Assembly (NCBI GenBank): GCA_001600695.1
Contig: BCKQ01000017.1
Coordinates: 237,295-301,294 of the forward strand
DNA: 64,000 bases
DNA from: Ascoidea asiatica JCM 7603
Lineage: Eukaryota; Fungi; Ascomycota
Reading direction: 5' to 3'
Shown piece by piece: positions 45,986-57,161 of the stretch (position 1 is its first letter; the number at the start of each line of letters is the position of its first letter). Position numbers and translations under genes: made by a program. The notes beneath the pieces were generated by a model. That model worked only from the letters and a program-made list of their open reading frames with translations, was not told where the DNA came from and did not search any database.

Positions 45986-46318
45986 AACTTACAATATTAT
46001 TTTTATAATTCTAGCTTCCAAATATAGAAAGAAGAAGTAAGTAAATAAATTCAATGAAATTAATGAAATTGATGAAATAAAGCTTTGTACTGAATTCTTT
46101 ATATATATTAAGTTAGTATTGTTAAGTAACGCCAATGCCCCTACAATCAAATGGGTTCATTCATCAAAATCACCAGAAATTGATGTCAATGAGATCAGAC
46201 GGATAGTGATTTTGGGGAGTAACCGTGCAGAAAGTCTCAGAGCCGTTGCAGGATCCAGAGGTCATGTGATGGTGGAAAATACCAGAAGAGTGGTAACTTC
46301 AAAAGCAGCATAAAGATT

Positions 46319-46326
46319 CCGGGTAA
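46319..46326. promoter_or_regulatory. Reb1-like site CCGGGTAA
   Basis: Exact consensus in the GC island upstream of the ketopantoate reductase gene. Confidence 0.45.
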
Positions 46327-46922
46327 GAAAGGTATCCTCAAAGGAAGAGCTCGACGAGAATTGCCTTGAAAGCAAGAGGAACTCCTCAAAACTAAACATA
46401 ATGCCAAAGACAGACAATTTTCCGCCCCACTACCGAGGATACATTTATACTTTTTTACGTTCCGACTCAGACCCTTTACCGGATACTATTATCCAAATCG
46501 GGAAAATCTCACGATAACGATAAAAGTTTTTTGTTATTGAAGCTTTTTTCAGATAATAAAGATATTTCAAAAAGCAAAGGTGTAACTTAAGGGTATTTCA
46601 GAGGATATATTGATTGGCTGACCAATGGTTTATGATTCTCGATTTATGATTGGGAAATTCATGAAATATGTTTCTCTATCCTAGAATTACTTAATTTAAT
46701 TAGAGTGGTAATGATACTTTATTTGTTTTTCAATTCCACTTCAAATCTCAATTTAAATCTCGATCAAAGAACGTTACTTAATTTTTTTGCATTGGACTAT
46801 CCTTCACTATTTTTTTTAATTCTTTTATATAAATTGATCTTTTTTTTCCTTTTATTTACATTTTGGTTCTCTTCTTCGATTATCAAATATTTTAATATTC
46901 TTTTTTCTTTCAGTAATAAATC

Positions 46923-47960
46923 ATGTCTACTGAATCTAAAACTCCTAAAGTTCTATTAATAGGCCCCGGTGGGGTTGGAACTATGGTCGCCTTTGGTATA
47001 GATTATACTGGAAAAGCAGATTTATCATTAGTAGTTAGAAGAGATTATCCAGTTGTTTCAAAATCGGGTTATAATATAAACTCTTGTGATTATGGAATTT
47101 ATAAAAATTGGAAACCAAAAAATTCAATTTACAAAAGCATTGATCAAGCTTTTGAAGGTGCTCCTTATAATTATATTATTTTATGTACAAAAAATTTACC
47201 AGATATAACTAAATTTGAAGATATTATTCAGCCTTTAGTTAATAATGAAACAGTTATTGTTTTAATACAAAATGGTTTTGGTAATCAAATTCCTTTTTTT
47301 AAAAAGTATCCAAATAATATCGTGTTAAGTGGTGTTACTCATATTGCTTCTCATAATTATTCTGGTAATGTTAATCAAACTCAACATGATTTAGTTTATT
47401 TGAGTTATTTTTATAATCAAAATTTATCAATAGATTCTCAAAAAGTGGCTGCAAAAAAATTCATATCGATTTACTCAAACGATAAAAATGATATAATTTA
47501 TCATCCTGATTATAAATATTGGAGATATAGAAAATTAATTTACAATGCTACTGTTAATACTACTGCTGCTTTAACCGATGTTGATATTGGTAGATTAGAT
47601 TATTGTGGTGGTTTAGATGATATTGTTTTACCTGCAATGAGAGAAGTTATAAAAATCGCAAAAACGGATGGTATTGATTTACCAAAGGATGCTATAAATG
47701 TTGGAATTCATGCTGATGATGGTGATTATTTTAAACCATCAATGCAAGTTGATGTTGAAAAAGGAAACCCAATGGAAATTCAAGTTATTCTTGGTAATCT
47801 TTTAGATAAAGCTGAAGAATTAAAAGTTTCTGCTCCAACTTTATCAATTCTTTACAAATTATTAAAAATTGTTCAATTCAAATTAAAAGAGAAAGGTGGT
47901 TATATCCCTCCAATGCCAATGCCAAGACCGCTTGATAATAAAGATAGGCTTTATGAATAA
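46923..47960 (+). CDS. Ketopantoate reductase (ApbA/PanE, Pan5-like) family oxidoreductase
   Basis: IGPGGVG, LCTKN, LIQNG, KLIYNAT, PSMQVD...MEIQVILGN. Confidence 0.9.
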   Translation: MSTESKTPKVLLIGPGGVGTMVAFGIDYTGKADLSLVVRRDYPVVSKSGYNINSCDYGIYKNWKPKNSIYKSIDQAFEGAPYNYIILCTKNLPDITKFEDIIQPLVNNETVIVLIQNGFGNQIPFFKKYPNNIVLSGVTHIASHNYSGNVNQTQHDLVYLSYFYNQNLSIDSQKVAAKKFISIYSNDKNDIIYHPDYKYWRYRKLIYNATVNTTAALTDVDIGRLDYCGGLDDIVLPAMREVIKIAKTDGIDLPKDAINVGIHADDGDYFKPSMQVDVEKGNPMEIQVILGNLLDKAEELKVSAPTLSILYKLLKIVQFKLKEKGGYIPPMPMPRPLDNKDRLYE

Positions 47961-48233
47961 TTTCTTATTTATTTTATTCCATAATCTGTATATTTAAAAG
48001 CTTTTATATACAATAATAATAATAACGCTACATCTATTAAAAAATGTTAAACCTTGTTCATTTATATTTACGGAAAATCAAAAAAAAAAAAAAATTTGAA
48101 AGTAAAAGTTTTAGAATCTTACCAATAGTTTTGACAAATAAATTACTTTTCATACCATTTACTATTCAGGGAGAATAATAATAATAATAATAAGATGATA
48201 ATAATAGTACTAATAATAACAATTAAAAAATGG

Positions 48234-50105
48234 TTATAATTGATCTTTTCCCGTTTTTAAATAGATTTCAGTTTTTTTTAAAATTTGCAACTTTTTACTT
48301 AACTTATCTTCAAATACTTCATTTGTAAATCTATGATATACAAGGTCCATACCCCTTGATCTAAAATTTTCCCTTTCTCGTTCATCTAAGTTATAAGCCT
48401 TTAACATTACCTCACTCAATTCTTTAAAAGATTTTTTCTCTGAATTGGTTAAAGTGTAGTAATCTGGATCAGTTTCAGATTTGAAAAAAAAACCAGTATT
48501 TGCAATTCCTTTGGCATGAGTAAATTTATCCCAAGGAATACAAATATCAAGATATGGACCAGCAGAAGCATGAACAATTGGAATTAAACCATTTGCTAAA
48601 TATTCAACAACCGATATACCAAAATGCTCATTCCACATTGTATTTATACCGAATGTAGAAGTTTTAAAATATTCCAAAACTTTTGAATATTCTGCATTCA
48701 AGATAAATTCAACGAAAACTGAAATTTTCAATTCTCTTGTTAACTCAATTAACTTATCAACAAAATTTTTATCAATCTCATTTCTAATTGAACCAATTAA
48801 AATCAATTTTGGGTATCTATTTGCCTTTATTGTATTTGGATCTATATTTGATAAATCAATATTCGGATATTTATTTAATAAAAATTTTGTAAACTCATGT
48901 ATTAATAACTCATGTCTTTTTTCTGGTCTAAATTGAGCTAAATATAAGAAATATGGCATTCTATAATAAGTAATTAATTCATATTCTTCAGATAATGATG
49001 AAGTTGAATTATTTGTTGGATTCGTATTATTTTGAGAGATTAAGTTATCTAGATTATATTTAATTTGTTTTTGAGTTGCACATGGAGGATATAATATATC
49101 TAATCTATAAGGATTCATTTCATCAGTATTTTTTTTTTCATTTTTATGATTAGAATTTTCATTCAAAAACCAAATTTTTCTCAAGTGATTGTAAGTCCAC
49201 GTTGAATTTGCTAATGGAATTGTAATATAACAACCAACTATGGTATATAAAAGCATAAAAATTTTCCAATAAATAAATTTGAATAAAATTCTTGGATTTG
49301 AATAATTTTTAGATATATTTAATTTTGCCAACATATCTTGAGAAATTATTGGATAATGAGTATAAGATAAAATCGGAATGTCTAAAACTGTTGAAACTAA
49401 AGGATAAGAAAATGGAAAACCAACAGTATCAATGAAGAAATCAGGAGGTAAACTTGTAATAGCTTTAAAAGATAATATAATTGAATTAAATGCCTCCCCT
49501 AATAAAGAAAAGATTTTATAATTTGATTTGAATTTAGGTATATTTATAAAAATAATTCTATTCGAATCTAAAGTTAAATTAAATAAATTATTAACATTTT
49601 TCAAAATTTGAGTATTTTCCAAAGTTTCAGATGAATAAATTACAACCAAATTATTTAAATCATCATTTAATATAACATTGACTAATTGCCATAAAACTTT
49701 TTCTCCACCACCACCAGCATTACAATTTGGATGTAAAATTCCATAAATTTTTTTTTTATTAATAATTTTAGAATTAATTATCAAATTTTTAGTGAATAAA
49801 TTTTTATTTGAGTTTGATTTATCAATTGGGCTAATTTCTAATAAATCCTTTGAATTTAAACTTGTTGAATAAAAAGAAGGATCTAAAGAAGATAAAATAC
49901 ACTTTTTTCTCAAAATACCTAATTTATAACCCAATTTTTTTTTAGTAAAACCTAAATTTTTTTCTGAATTTAAAGCTTTTTCAACTTTTGAGATATAATT
50001 TAAAGGTGGATTTATTATTAATTTCGTTAAAAACTTAGAAAAAGTAGAAAGACTTGAATATAATATAACTAAAAGTGTAGATAAAATTAACAAAAAAGAT
50101 CTCAT
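48234..50105 (-). CDS. ALG11: GDP-Man:Man3GlcNAc2-PP-Dol alpha-1,2-mannosyltransferase
   Basis: HPNCNAGGGGEKVLW, PDFFIDTVGFPF, YTHYPIIS, AQFRPEKRH, MWNEHFGISVVE, HASAGPYLDI. Confidence 0.96.
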   Translation of the reverse strand: MRSFLLILSTLLVILYSSLSTFSKFLTKLIINPPLNYISKVEKALNSEKNLGFTKKKLGYKLGILRKKCILSSLDPSFYSTSLNSKDLLEISPIDKSNSNKNLFTKNLIINSKIINKKKIYGILHPNCNAGGGGEKVLWQLVNVILNDDLNNLVVIYSSETLENTQILKNVNNLFNLTLDSNRIIFINIPKFKSNYKIFSLLGEAFNSIILSFKAITSLPPDFFIDTVGFPFSYPLVSTVLDIPILSYTHYPIISQDMLAKLNISKNYSNPRILFKFIYWKIFMLLYTIVGCYITIPLANSTWTYNHLRKIWFLNENSNHKNEKKNTDEMNPYRLDILYPPCATQKQIKYNLDNLISQNNTNPTNNSTSSLSEEYELITYYRMPYFLYLAQFRPEKRHELLIHEFTKFLLNKYPNIDLSNIDPNTIKANRYPKLILIGSIRNEIDKNFVDKLIELTRELKISVFVEFILNAEYSKVLEYFKTSTFGINTMWNEHFGISVVEYLANGLIPIVHASAGPYLDICIPWDKFTHAKGIANTGFFFKSETDPDYYTLTNSEKKSFKELSEVMLKAYNLDERERENFRSRGMDLVYHRFTNEVFEDKLSKKLQILKKTEIYLKTGKDQL

Positions 50106-50694
50106 TTTTGAACTTGAAATTGAAATTGAAATGATTTTGAATAAGACAGATTAGATAACAATATTTTAATGTGTTATAGAAAAAATATTTTTTCAAATTG
50201 ATGTTCTGATTGTATAGAATAGTAAAAAATAGATAATAAGTAAAAAGTAGATGATAAGTAAAAAATAATAAATAAATAATAAATAAATAAAAAAATGGTG
50301 CATCAGTTATCCAGTATCTTATAAATTTTATAGCGCAATGTCAGAATTGCTAACAATACTACCGTATACTTTTGTCTAAGGCCATCTGTAATTTCAAACC
50401 AGTGAATTGCCTGCGTAGACTCTTTGCTCAATGCTTTCAGTGGCAATTCATGATCTGTGCCTGTGTTTTATCATAATAAGAAGAGCTGAAGAGCTTTCAT
50501 AGTCTGAGAATATAGTTATTATAAATATCTTTATAGAATATACCAAAGGGATAATATTGTAAATAATGGGATAATAGATTATTTGGGATCAAGAATTTCA
50601 ATATATCTCAATTTCGTCTGATTTAACTCAACTATTAACCAATCTTCCTAGTTTTTTTTACCTGTTTTTACTTCTTAAGTTTTTGTTTGTTTCA

Positions 50695-52717
50695 ATGTTT
50701 AAGTCAAGGGCCTTTGGTTTTCAAGATTTTGCAGCTTTTTTGGTTTTGTCGATTTGGTTTATGCTTTACGATTATGGAATGGTGGATTTTATTATTCTTC
50801 TGATGGGTTCTCTTCCTTTTCTATGTTAGTTTCAAACCATTTTTTAATAAAGTTTTGATCTTTTATTTTTTTTGGTTTTCAGATATTCTCTTATGCTTTA
50901 CCAATTTGTGATTTTGTTGGGATTTTATTGGAATTTTTTTGATTTTGTTAATTTTGTTAATTTTGTTAATTTTGTTAATTTTGTTAATTTTGTTAATTTT
51001 GTTAATTTTGTTAATTTTGTTAATTTTTTCTGATTTTTTCTGATTTTTTCTGATTGCTTTGAAAAATGTTTTTGCAATAATTACTAACAAATTAAAAATT
51101 TGAGAATTTAAAATATATTTAGTGTGCCAATTGCCTTATGATCTTATTATAAATTATTTAATTAAAGATATTTTATGGAAATTTCTTTTAAATGTCAGAT
51201 CAAGTAATAAAAATGAATTTAAGTCAATTTCTATCAAAAAGTTTTTGATGATTAGATTTTTAAGACATTTTTTTAAAAATTTTAACTCTAATGAAATTGG
51301 AAATGTATTTTTATCATTAAATTTATTTGAATATTTTTATAGATTTAGAAATTTTGGTTATTTAAATATGTCTAGTTTTGGAAAGTTATCAATAAAAAAG
51401 TTAAATTTACAATTATCTCATGGGTTCAAATCTATTATAATTTCTTGCCCTTCAAATAAAAAATATATTAACAATATTAATATCAATAATAATAATAATA
51501 AGAATAAATTTGAAAATTTAAAAAATGATTTAATTATATTTTATATTCATGGTGGCGGTTTTACAACTGGAAATCCATATATTTATCTAGAATTTCTATC
51601 ATTTCTATTAACCCAATTAAATTTAAAAGGCTTTTCAAATCCTTCTTGTTTTGTACCCAAAATCTTATCAAATAATCATCATTTTAATTATAATAAAAAC
51701 AAAAATAAAAATAAAAATAAAAAAACTGAAAATATCTATCCGAATCAACTTAATATAATTATAAATTCATGGAAATATTTAATTGAAAATAAATTAAATT
51801 TAAATTCTAAGATTGTAATTATGGGAGATTCAACTGGTGCTCATTTAATTTTATCATTTTTATTATATTTATCAATACAAAAAAAACCAAAAAATCATTC
51901 ATTTTTAAGAAAACCAGATTCTGTTATATTAATATCTCCAATTGTTAAACTAAGTTTCTCAAAATCATTTTTAAATAAAATTTTAGAAATTAGAAATCAA
52001 GATAAATTCAATTATATTAAAAAAGATAAAGAAATACATATTAAGAAATCCAAAAGTAATGTTAATAATTTCTATGATATCTATAATCTTTATCAAAATG
52101 TAGAAAATGAAGAAGTCAGTTATGAAGAAAGTTCTTTTGTTGAAAGAAGAAACGAATTTGAAGGAAAGGAAGAATATAATGAAGGCTATTGCGATGGATA
52201 TGATGAAGAATATGAAGAATATGAAGAAGAAGATGAAGATGAAGAAGAAGATGAAGATAATGAAGATGATGAAATGGAATCAGATTTTAATCTTTTAAAC
52301 TGTAATAAAGATTTTCTTTGTAAAGGAATTTTAAAGAAATGGACAGAAAATTATTTAATAAATTCAAGAAAATTAACAAAAATTGATGAATTAATATTAA
52401 ATCCATTTATTTGTGAAGATAAATATTTATGGGAAAAAGTCTATCCAAAATTTGGAATGGTAATAGTATATTCGAGAGATGAATTTCATTTTAAGGAAAT
52501 TTTCACATTTTGTAAAAAATTAAAAGAATATGGTAAATTAAAGGTGCATGTTGAAGAAAATGAAATTCATTGTTGGCCAATATTTAATTTTTTCATCGAA
52601 AAAAAAAGTAAAGAAAAAGAAAAAGGAGCCATGCTTATTGCAGACTACATTACAAACATGTTACTGTGGCAAACAGAATCTTATTTTTTATTAGATGAAT
52701 ATAATCAAATAAAATAA
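50695..52717 (+). CDS. Membrane-anchored alpha/beta hydrolase (HSL/abhydrolase_3-like); exons 50695-50824 and 51123-52717
   Basis: HGGGF, GDSTG, KDFL and EIHCW catalytic elements; hydrophobic exon 1 (MFKSRAFGFQDFAAFLVLSIWF...) joins in phase 1 via GTTAGT...TACTAAC...TAG. Confidence 0.85.
50825..51122 (+). other. Spliceosomal intron (298 nt) with GTTAGT donor and internal tandem repeats
   Basis: TACTAAC at 51082-51088, TAG ending 51122; T+TG restores Leu-Cys-Gln-Leu-Pro. Confidence 0.8.
50942..51052. repeat. Intronic minisatellites: (ATTTTGTTA)x9 followed by (ATTTTTTCTG)x3
   Basis: Seen directly; produces the spurious KINKIN antisense ORF. Confidence 0.93.
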
Positions 52718-53353
52718 GAGGCGACTAAAAAAAAGCATTTAGGTATTTTTATTGAATCAAGAATTAGTTTCTATATAGTAAGTTACAATACTCCAATGTA
52801 AGGGTAATAAAGTAGATTTTTGGCCAAAAAAAGGTTTTGCACCTTAACTTTATCCCCAACCCCATTTTTCAAAGCTGAAACAGAAGAAGTAAACGATGAA
52901 TTCTTAACCCCAGAAGATGTTCCTGCTTCTTCTGCTTCTCATGCTTCCCTCCTCTGTCGCAGGCAGGAAAGATCAACAGAGAAAACAACTGCACCAGACC
53001 GGTCACCGTGATTGTTAAGCGCCACCAACTACGCCTCGAAATAACAAACAAGCCCTAAGAGGGCACAGCACTGCTAACAGCGGCAAAAGTGACAGTCGTA
53101 GTGTTTGTTACTTTCAGAACCACTTGTAGCTCCTAGATTTATGATTATTATAAAAATAGCAGTAGAACCTACTCAAGAAACATTATAAGATAAGTTTTGG
53201 ACAGGAGGGAAAGATTATAGAAGAAAAAAAGAAGCAAAGAAATTAACTGTTTAGCTTCAAAATTTTAAATCTATAAACTCTGTAACGTATTTAAAATATT
53301 TTCATAAATCATTGCTAATTGAAAATCATTTACAACATATAATCAATAAAGAA

Positions 53354-54748
53354 ATGGTTGAAGTATCATTGACTGTAGGAAAATTAGATGCTTCTTTAGC
53401 CTTATTACTCACAAATGATCACCATTTGATTGAGTTTCCAACTATTCTTTTACCAGATGGAGTTCAAGCTGGGTCCATTGTTAAAATTAAATGTGATAGA
53501 AATTTAGATTTAGAGAAAAAAGAAAAAGAATTATTTTTTAAAATTCAAGATCAGATTTTAGAAGAATTTGGTAAAAATGGTCCAAAAGCTCCAGTTCTTA
53601 AAGTTAAAAATGTAACTCAAACTTCATGTGTTTTGGAATGGGAAACAATTGATTTAGGTACAACAAGTTTAAAATCTCTAATTTTATATAAAAATGGTTC
53701 AAGATTAACTCAAATTCAAAATCCTTTAATTAATAACACAACTAAAATTTCAGGTTTACCTGTTGATGTACCTTTTGAATTTTATTTGAGAATGGATACA
53801 ACTGCTGGTTTATATTATTCCGAAAAAGTAACAATTAAAACTCATACAATGAATGACCTTTCTGGTATAACTGTTTGTTTAGGTGAAATTGATAAAAAAG
53901 ATAATATTTCAAAAGCTGATATTCAATTTTTATTACATAAAATGGGTTCAAAACCTTTGCAAAATTCAGTTCAAGTTGATACTACTCATTTTGTTTGCAC
54001 TATTCCGACTGGTATTCAATGGAGAAATGCAATGAATAATAATATTCCAATTGTTAGACCTGAATGGCTTAAAGCCTGTGAAGAAGAGAAAAAAATCTTT
54101 GGGGTGTCAATGTTTTATCTTGAAACTGCAAGTGATTCTCCAATAATTCAAAAGTATAAAATAGAACATGTACCTGATGCTCTTACTAATCATTCAAAAG
54201 CTCCTAGTATACCTGATGCTACTTCTATACCTGAAGTTCTTCCAAAAGATAATATCATCAATGAAATCAATGAAAATTCTAATGATATGGAAGATATATC
54301 TTTAGATGATGATCCTAATATAAAACAAGAAAAGAAGGAACTGCCATTACCTGCTTTACCTGCTCTACCTACTTTACCTACTGTAAAAGAAAATATTATA
54401 AAAGATTTTAGAAAAACTGAGAATACTCCTCCAAAAATCATGATTTCACCCTCCGAGGAAAGTTCAGATTTTAAAAATGAAACTCTATCTAAAGCTTCTG
54501 AAAACAAAGAAGAAGAAAAACCTATTGAGCCTGAAGATGCCTCAAAGGTTGGTATAAAAAGCGAAATGCCAGAAAAAAATTATTCAACTTCAGAAAATAA
54601 AATTGACGAATCAAAGATGGAAACAAAATCAATGAATGAAATAACAAATGAAGATGAAGCAAGGGATGAAAAAAAAGTTGAAAGTTTGGAAGAAAAGAAA
54701 GAAGAAGATAAAATGGACAAAGTAAAACTAGAGAAAGATTCTATTTAA
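53354..54748 (+). CDS. CHS5: Exomer scaffold Chs5 (FN3 + BRCT)
   Basis: MVEVSLTVGKLDASLALLLTNDHHLIEFPTILLP, KNVTQTSCVLEW, DTTHFVCT, IPIVRPEWLKAC; true ATG at 53354. Confidence 0.96.
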   Translation: MVEVSLTVGKLDASLALLLTNDHHLIEFPTILLPDGVQAGSIVKIKCDRNLDLEKKEKELFFKIQDQILEEFGKNGPKAPVLKVKNVTQTSCVLEWETIDLGTTSLKSLILYKNGSRLTQIQNPLINNTTKISGLPVDVPFEFYLRMDTTAGLYYSEKVTIKTHTMNDLSGITVCLGEIDKKDNISKADIQFLLHKMGSKPLQNSVQVDTTHFVCTIPTGIQWRNAMNNNIPIVRPEWLKACEEEKKIFGVSMFYLETASDSPIIQKYKIEHVPDALTNHSKAPSIPDATSIPEVLPKDNIINEINENSNDMEDISLDDDPNIKQEKKELPLPALPALPTLPTVKENIIKDFRKTENTPPKIMISPSEESSDFKNETLSKASENKEEEKPIEPEDASKVGIKSEMPEKNYSTSENKIDESKMETKSMNEITNEDEARDEKKVESLEEKKEEDKMDKVKLEKDSI

Positions 54749-55015
54749 AATTGCTATCATTTTTTGTTTAACTATCACAAGACTTCATTCATATGCAATC
54801 ACTTCAATTAGATATTCTATATTGTTGTTCTACATAACTGAATAAATCAATCAATAATTTACTCGATATTAGTTTATAGAACTGTAATTTTTTTTAATAC
54901 ATAAATGAAATGGCTTTTTTTAAGAAATTGAAAAATAGAAATAAGAAAAAGAATACAGATAAAGTTTCAAAATAAAAAGTAAGATAAAAACAAAACAGTA
55001 GCATAGAACTTTTGA

Positions 55016-55390
55016 TTATTCTCCAAAAAGTCTTTTGACTCTTCTTAAAACAGAATCTCTTTCAGGATCGTACGGATGATCTTTTGAAGGTATCTCGAGA
55101 ATTGCAGGAAAAGCAGCAGTGAAACTTTCAACTTTAAATCTAATTCTTTCAGCTAAATGTTGATTGATAAGCAAAATAGCAATATCATTTCTATTCATAG
55201 TATAATGATCAAAGCTATTAGCCAAATCTTCATCTGAAGTCTTCGAATCAACTACAACAAAATTCTTCTGTTTATAGGATTCTGGGGCATCATTATTTAC
55301 TTGACCAATACCGGCTAATAACATTCCACTGACAGTATCTTCATCACCAATGACGGCTAATAGTGTTCTTTTTTTAGCTTCTTCTGACAT
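55016..55390 (-). CDS. VMA7: V-ATPase subunit F
   Basis: [62 protein letters not shown]. Confidence 0.97.
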   Translation of the reverse strand: MSEEAKKRTLLAVIGDEDTVSGMLLAGIGQVNNDAPESYKQKNFVVVDSKTSDEDLANSFDHYTMNRNDIAILLINQHLAERIRFKVESFTAAFPAILEIPSKDHPYDPERDSVLRRVKRLFGE

Positions 55391-55406
55391 TTTTTATAAA
55401 TTTAAT

Positions 55407-55466
55407 CTAATGGCTGTTGTTAGTTTTCAATTCTTGATTGTTCCATCAATTATTTGATCAACTTAC
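55407..55466 (-). other. Probable 5'UTR intron of VMA7
   Basis: GTAAGT (55466-55461), AACTAAC (55425-55419), then CAG (ends 55414) or TAG (ends 55407), 16-23 nt before the ATG. Confidence 0.6.
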
Positions 55467-55635
55467 TTCGCTGAGAAAAAAAAAATTGTTTAGAAAAGAA
55501 AATGATTACAATGATTCGAATGTAGTTAGTTTTCAGGCTCGTCTGTTTACTAAAGATTGAAGTTGTACAGTAATTGCAGCACTGGAAGGAAAAAAAAGGC
55601 TGTTGTACCTTTACAATAAACAGGTCCACGCATTG

Positions 55636-55643
55636 TTACCCGG
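55636..55643. promoter_or_regulatory. Reb1-like site TTACCCGG upstream of VMA7, next to a poly(dA:dT) tract
   Basis: Exact consensus with an A9 tract near 55590. Confidence 0.5.
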
Positions 55644-55814
55644 GAGAACCTCTGTAACGTTGCACCAACTGAGTAGAGCGCTCGGATATAAAAATGTATA
55701 TTAACTATGGTGGTGCTCTTAAGTATGGCGGACACACCAACAACAATCTGTTTGTTGATAGCTTCGCTCTATCGATTTTATGGGAGATAAACTCTGAATC
55801 CATGGGGCTGGTTC

Positions 55815-55862
55815 CAGGTTATTAGTACTGTAGTAATACAGGTTATTAGTACTGTAGTAATA
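55815..55862. repeat. Perfect 24-bp tandem duplication CAGGTTATTAGTACTGTAGTAATA x2
   Basis: Seen directly. Confidence 0.95.
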
Positions 55863-57150
55863 CACCATATTGAATGTAAAGATAATTAGACACTGTATTA
55901 AAAATATCATTTTCAATGTATTGTTTCTCAATGACATTTATACAACTGGTTTTATTAAAAGAATTGGTCAATAGGCTCCTAAATTTGTAAGCGCTTTAGA
56001 TATAAATGAAGCTTAATTTCGGTTATTCGATTTCAAACCAGACATTAATTTAATTGAAATTGCATCAAAGTACCACAAAGAAGATTATCTATTTGCAAGC
56101 TCTTTGAATAATGAATATCTATTTTTTAAAGAGTCAAAAGATGTAAATAAAAATTATATTGATGGTGGGCATGATCATGGTTATAAAGACCATTTAATAG
56201 ATCATAGTGATGAACTTTCAAAAACAAATTAAAAGAGATACGACATATTTTATTCATTTAGTTATTTAAGAGATAAACATAATAGAAATAATAAAAATAA
56301 ATACGGACATCAAGATAGGTCTGTTAAATTCAAAAGATTATTTTATGAAATTGAATCTACTGAAGATCGAAATTAACAAAAGCATTTTGATTCAACTTTG
56401 AAATTCAAAAAAGGATCAATAATCTACTAAAAATATCATTAAAGTTTTAAAATATGAAGATATAAGATTCATAGATAACGTTACTAATATCAAACTATTC
56501 AAATTTCCATTAATAGTAATACTAATTCTAAGCTTTTCAAATATGAGTAACATAATGAATGTTAAAATCAATAATAAGAAAAGAAATGCTCAAAGATTGA
56601 AATTTTTTGAAATAATAAAACTAATGAAAAACAAAAACTAAATACTGAAAACAATTTCAAAAGTTATCCGATAAATAAATTGAAAGACAACTAGAGTTGG
56701 ATTTAGAGTGGGAAAGAAATCAAGATATGAACGGTATAAGTATTAGCGTTTATTTACATTGTATTTAAAATCGATTATAAAAAGTTGTCAATTTACAAAA
56801 AAAAATAGAAGAGTCAAAAAGAGTAAAAACAAGAACACTGAAAGCGGAAATAGCAAAAAGAATAAAAATAAATGAGATGCCTGGATTTTAATAAAATGAA
56901 AAAAAATTATAGAAGAAAACAAAAGGCTTGATAATGAATGTATAATTATAACGATTTATAAAAATTCATAAAAATGACCATCAAAGTGATCTAATACATA
57001 ACTTAGAAAATAAAAGAGATTTGAAAATTTCAATAAATCGAAGAAATTAATTAGAAAGATAAATAAAATCTATCAATTCAAATAACTAACTACGCCAACC
57101 AAAAAATCCCAAAGAGAAATATCAAAAAAAGCAAACCAAAAATAAATTTA
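55861..57150 (+). pseudogene. Decayed coding sequence of unknown family
   Basis: One frame has only 4 stops over 189 codons (55861-56427), followed by frameshifted open stretches including the coiled-coil-like ERQLELDLEWERNQD; boundaries approximate. Confidence 0.5.
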
Positions 57151-57161
57151 GTCTACTTGAA

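Noticed and set aside
52778-53080. GTAAGT...GCTAACAG as an intron upstream of CHS5
   Set aside because: It would span the hydrolase 3' end and the putative CHS5 promoter, and no reading frame supports it
11236-54748. SKT5/CHS4 and CHS5 in one window as a chitin gene cluster
   Set aside because: They are 40 kb apart with many unrelated housekeeping genes between them
50942-55862. 9-bp and 24-bp repeats as a CRISPR array or telomeric repeats
   Set aside because: Eukaryotic context, no spacers, and no G-rich strand typical of yeast telomere units
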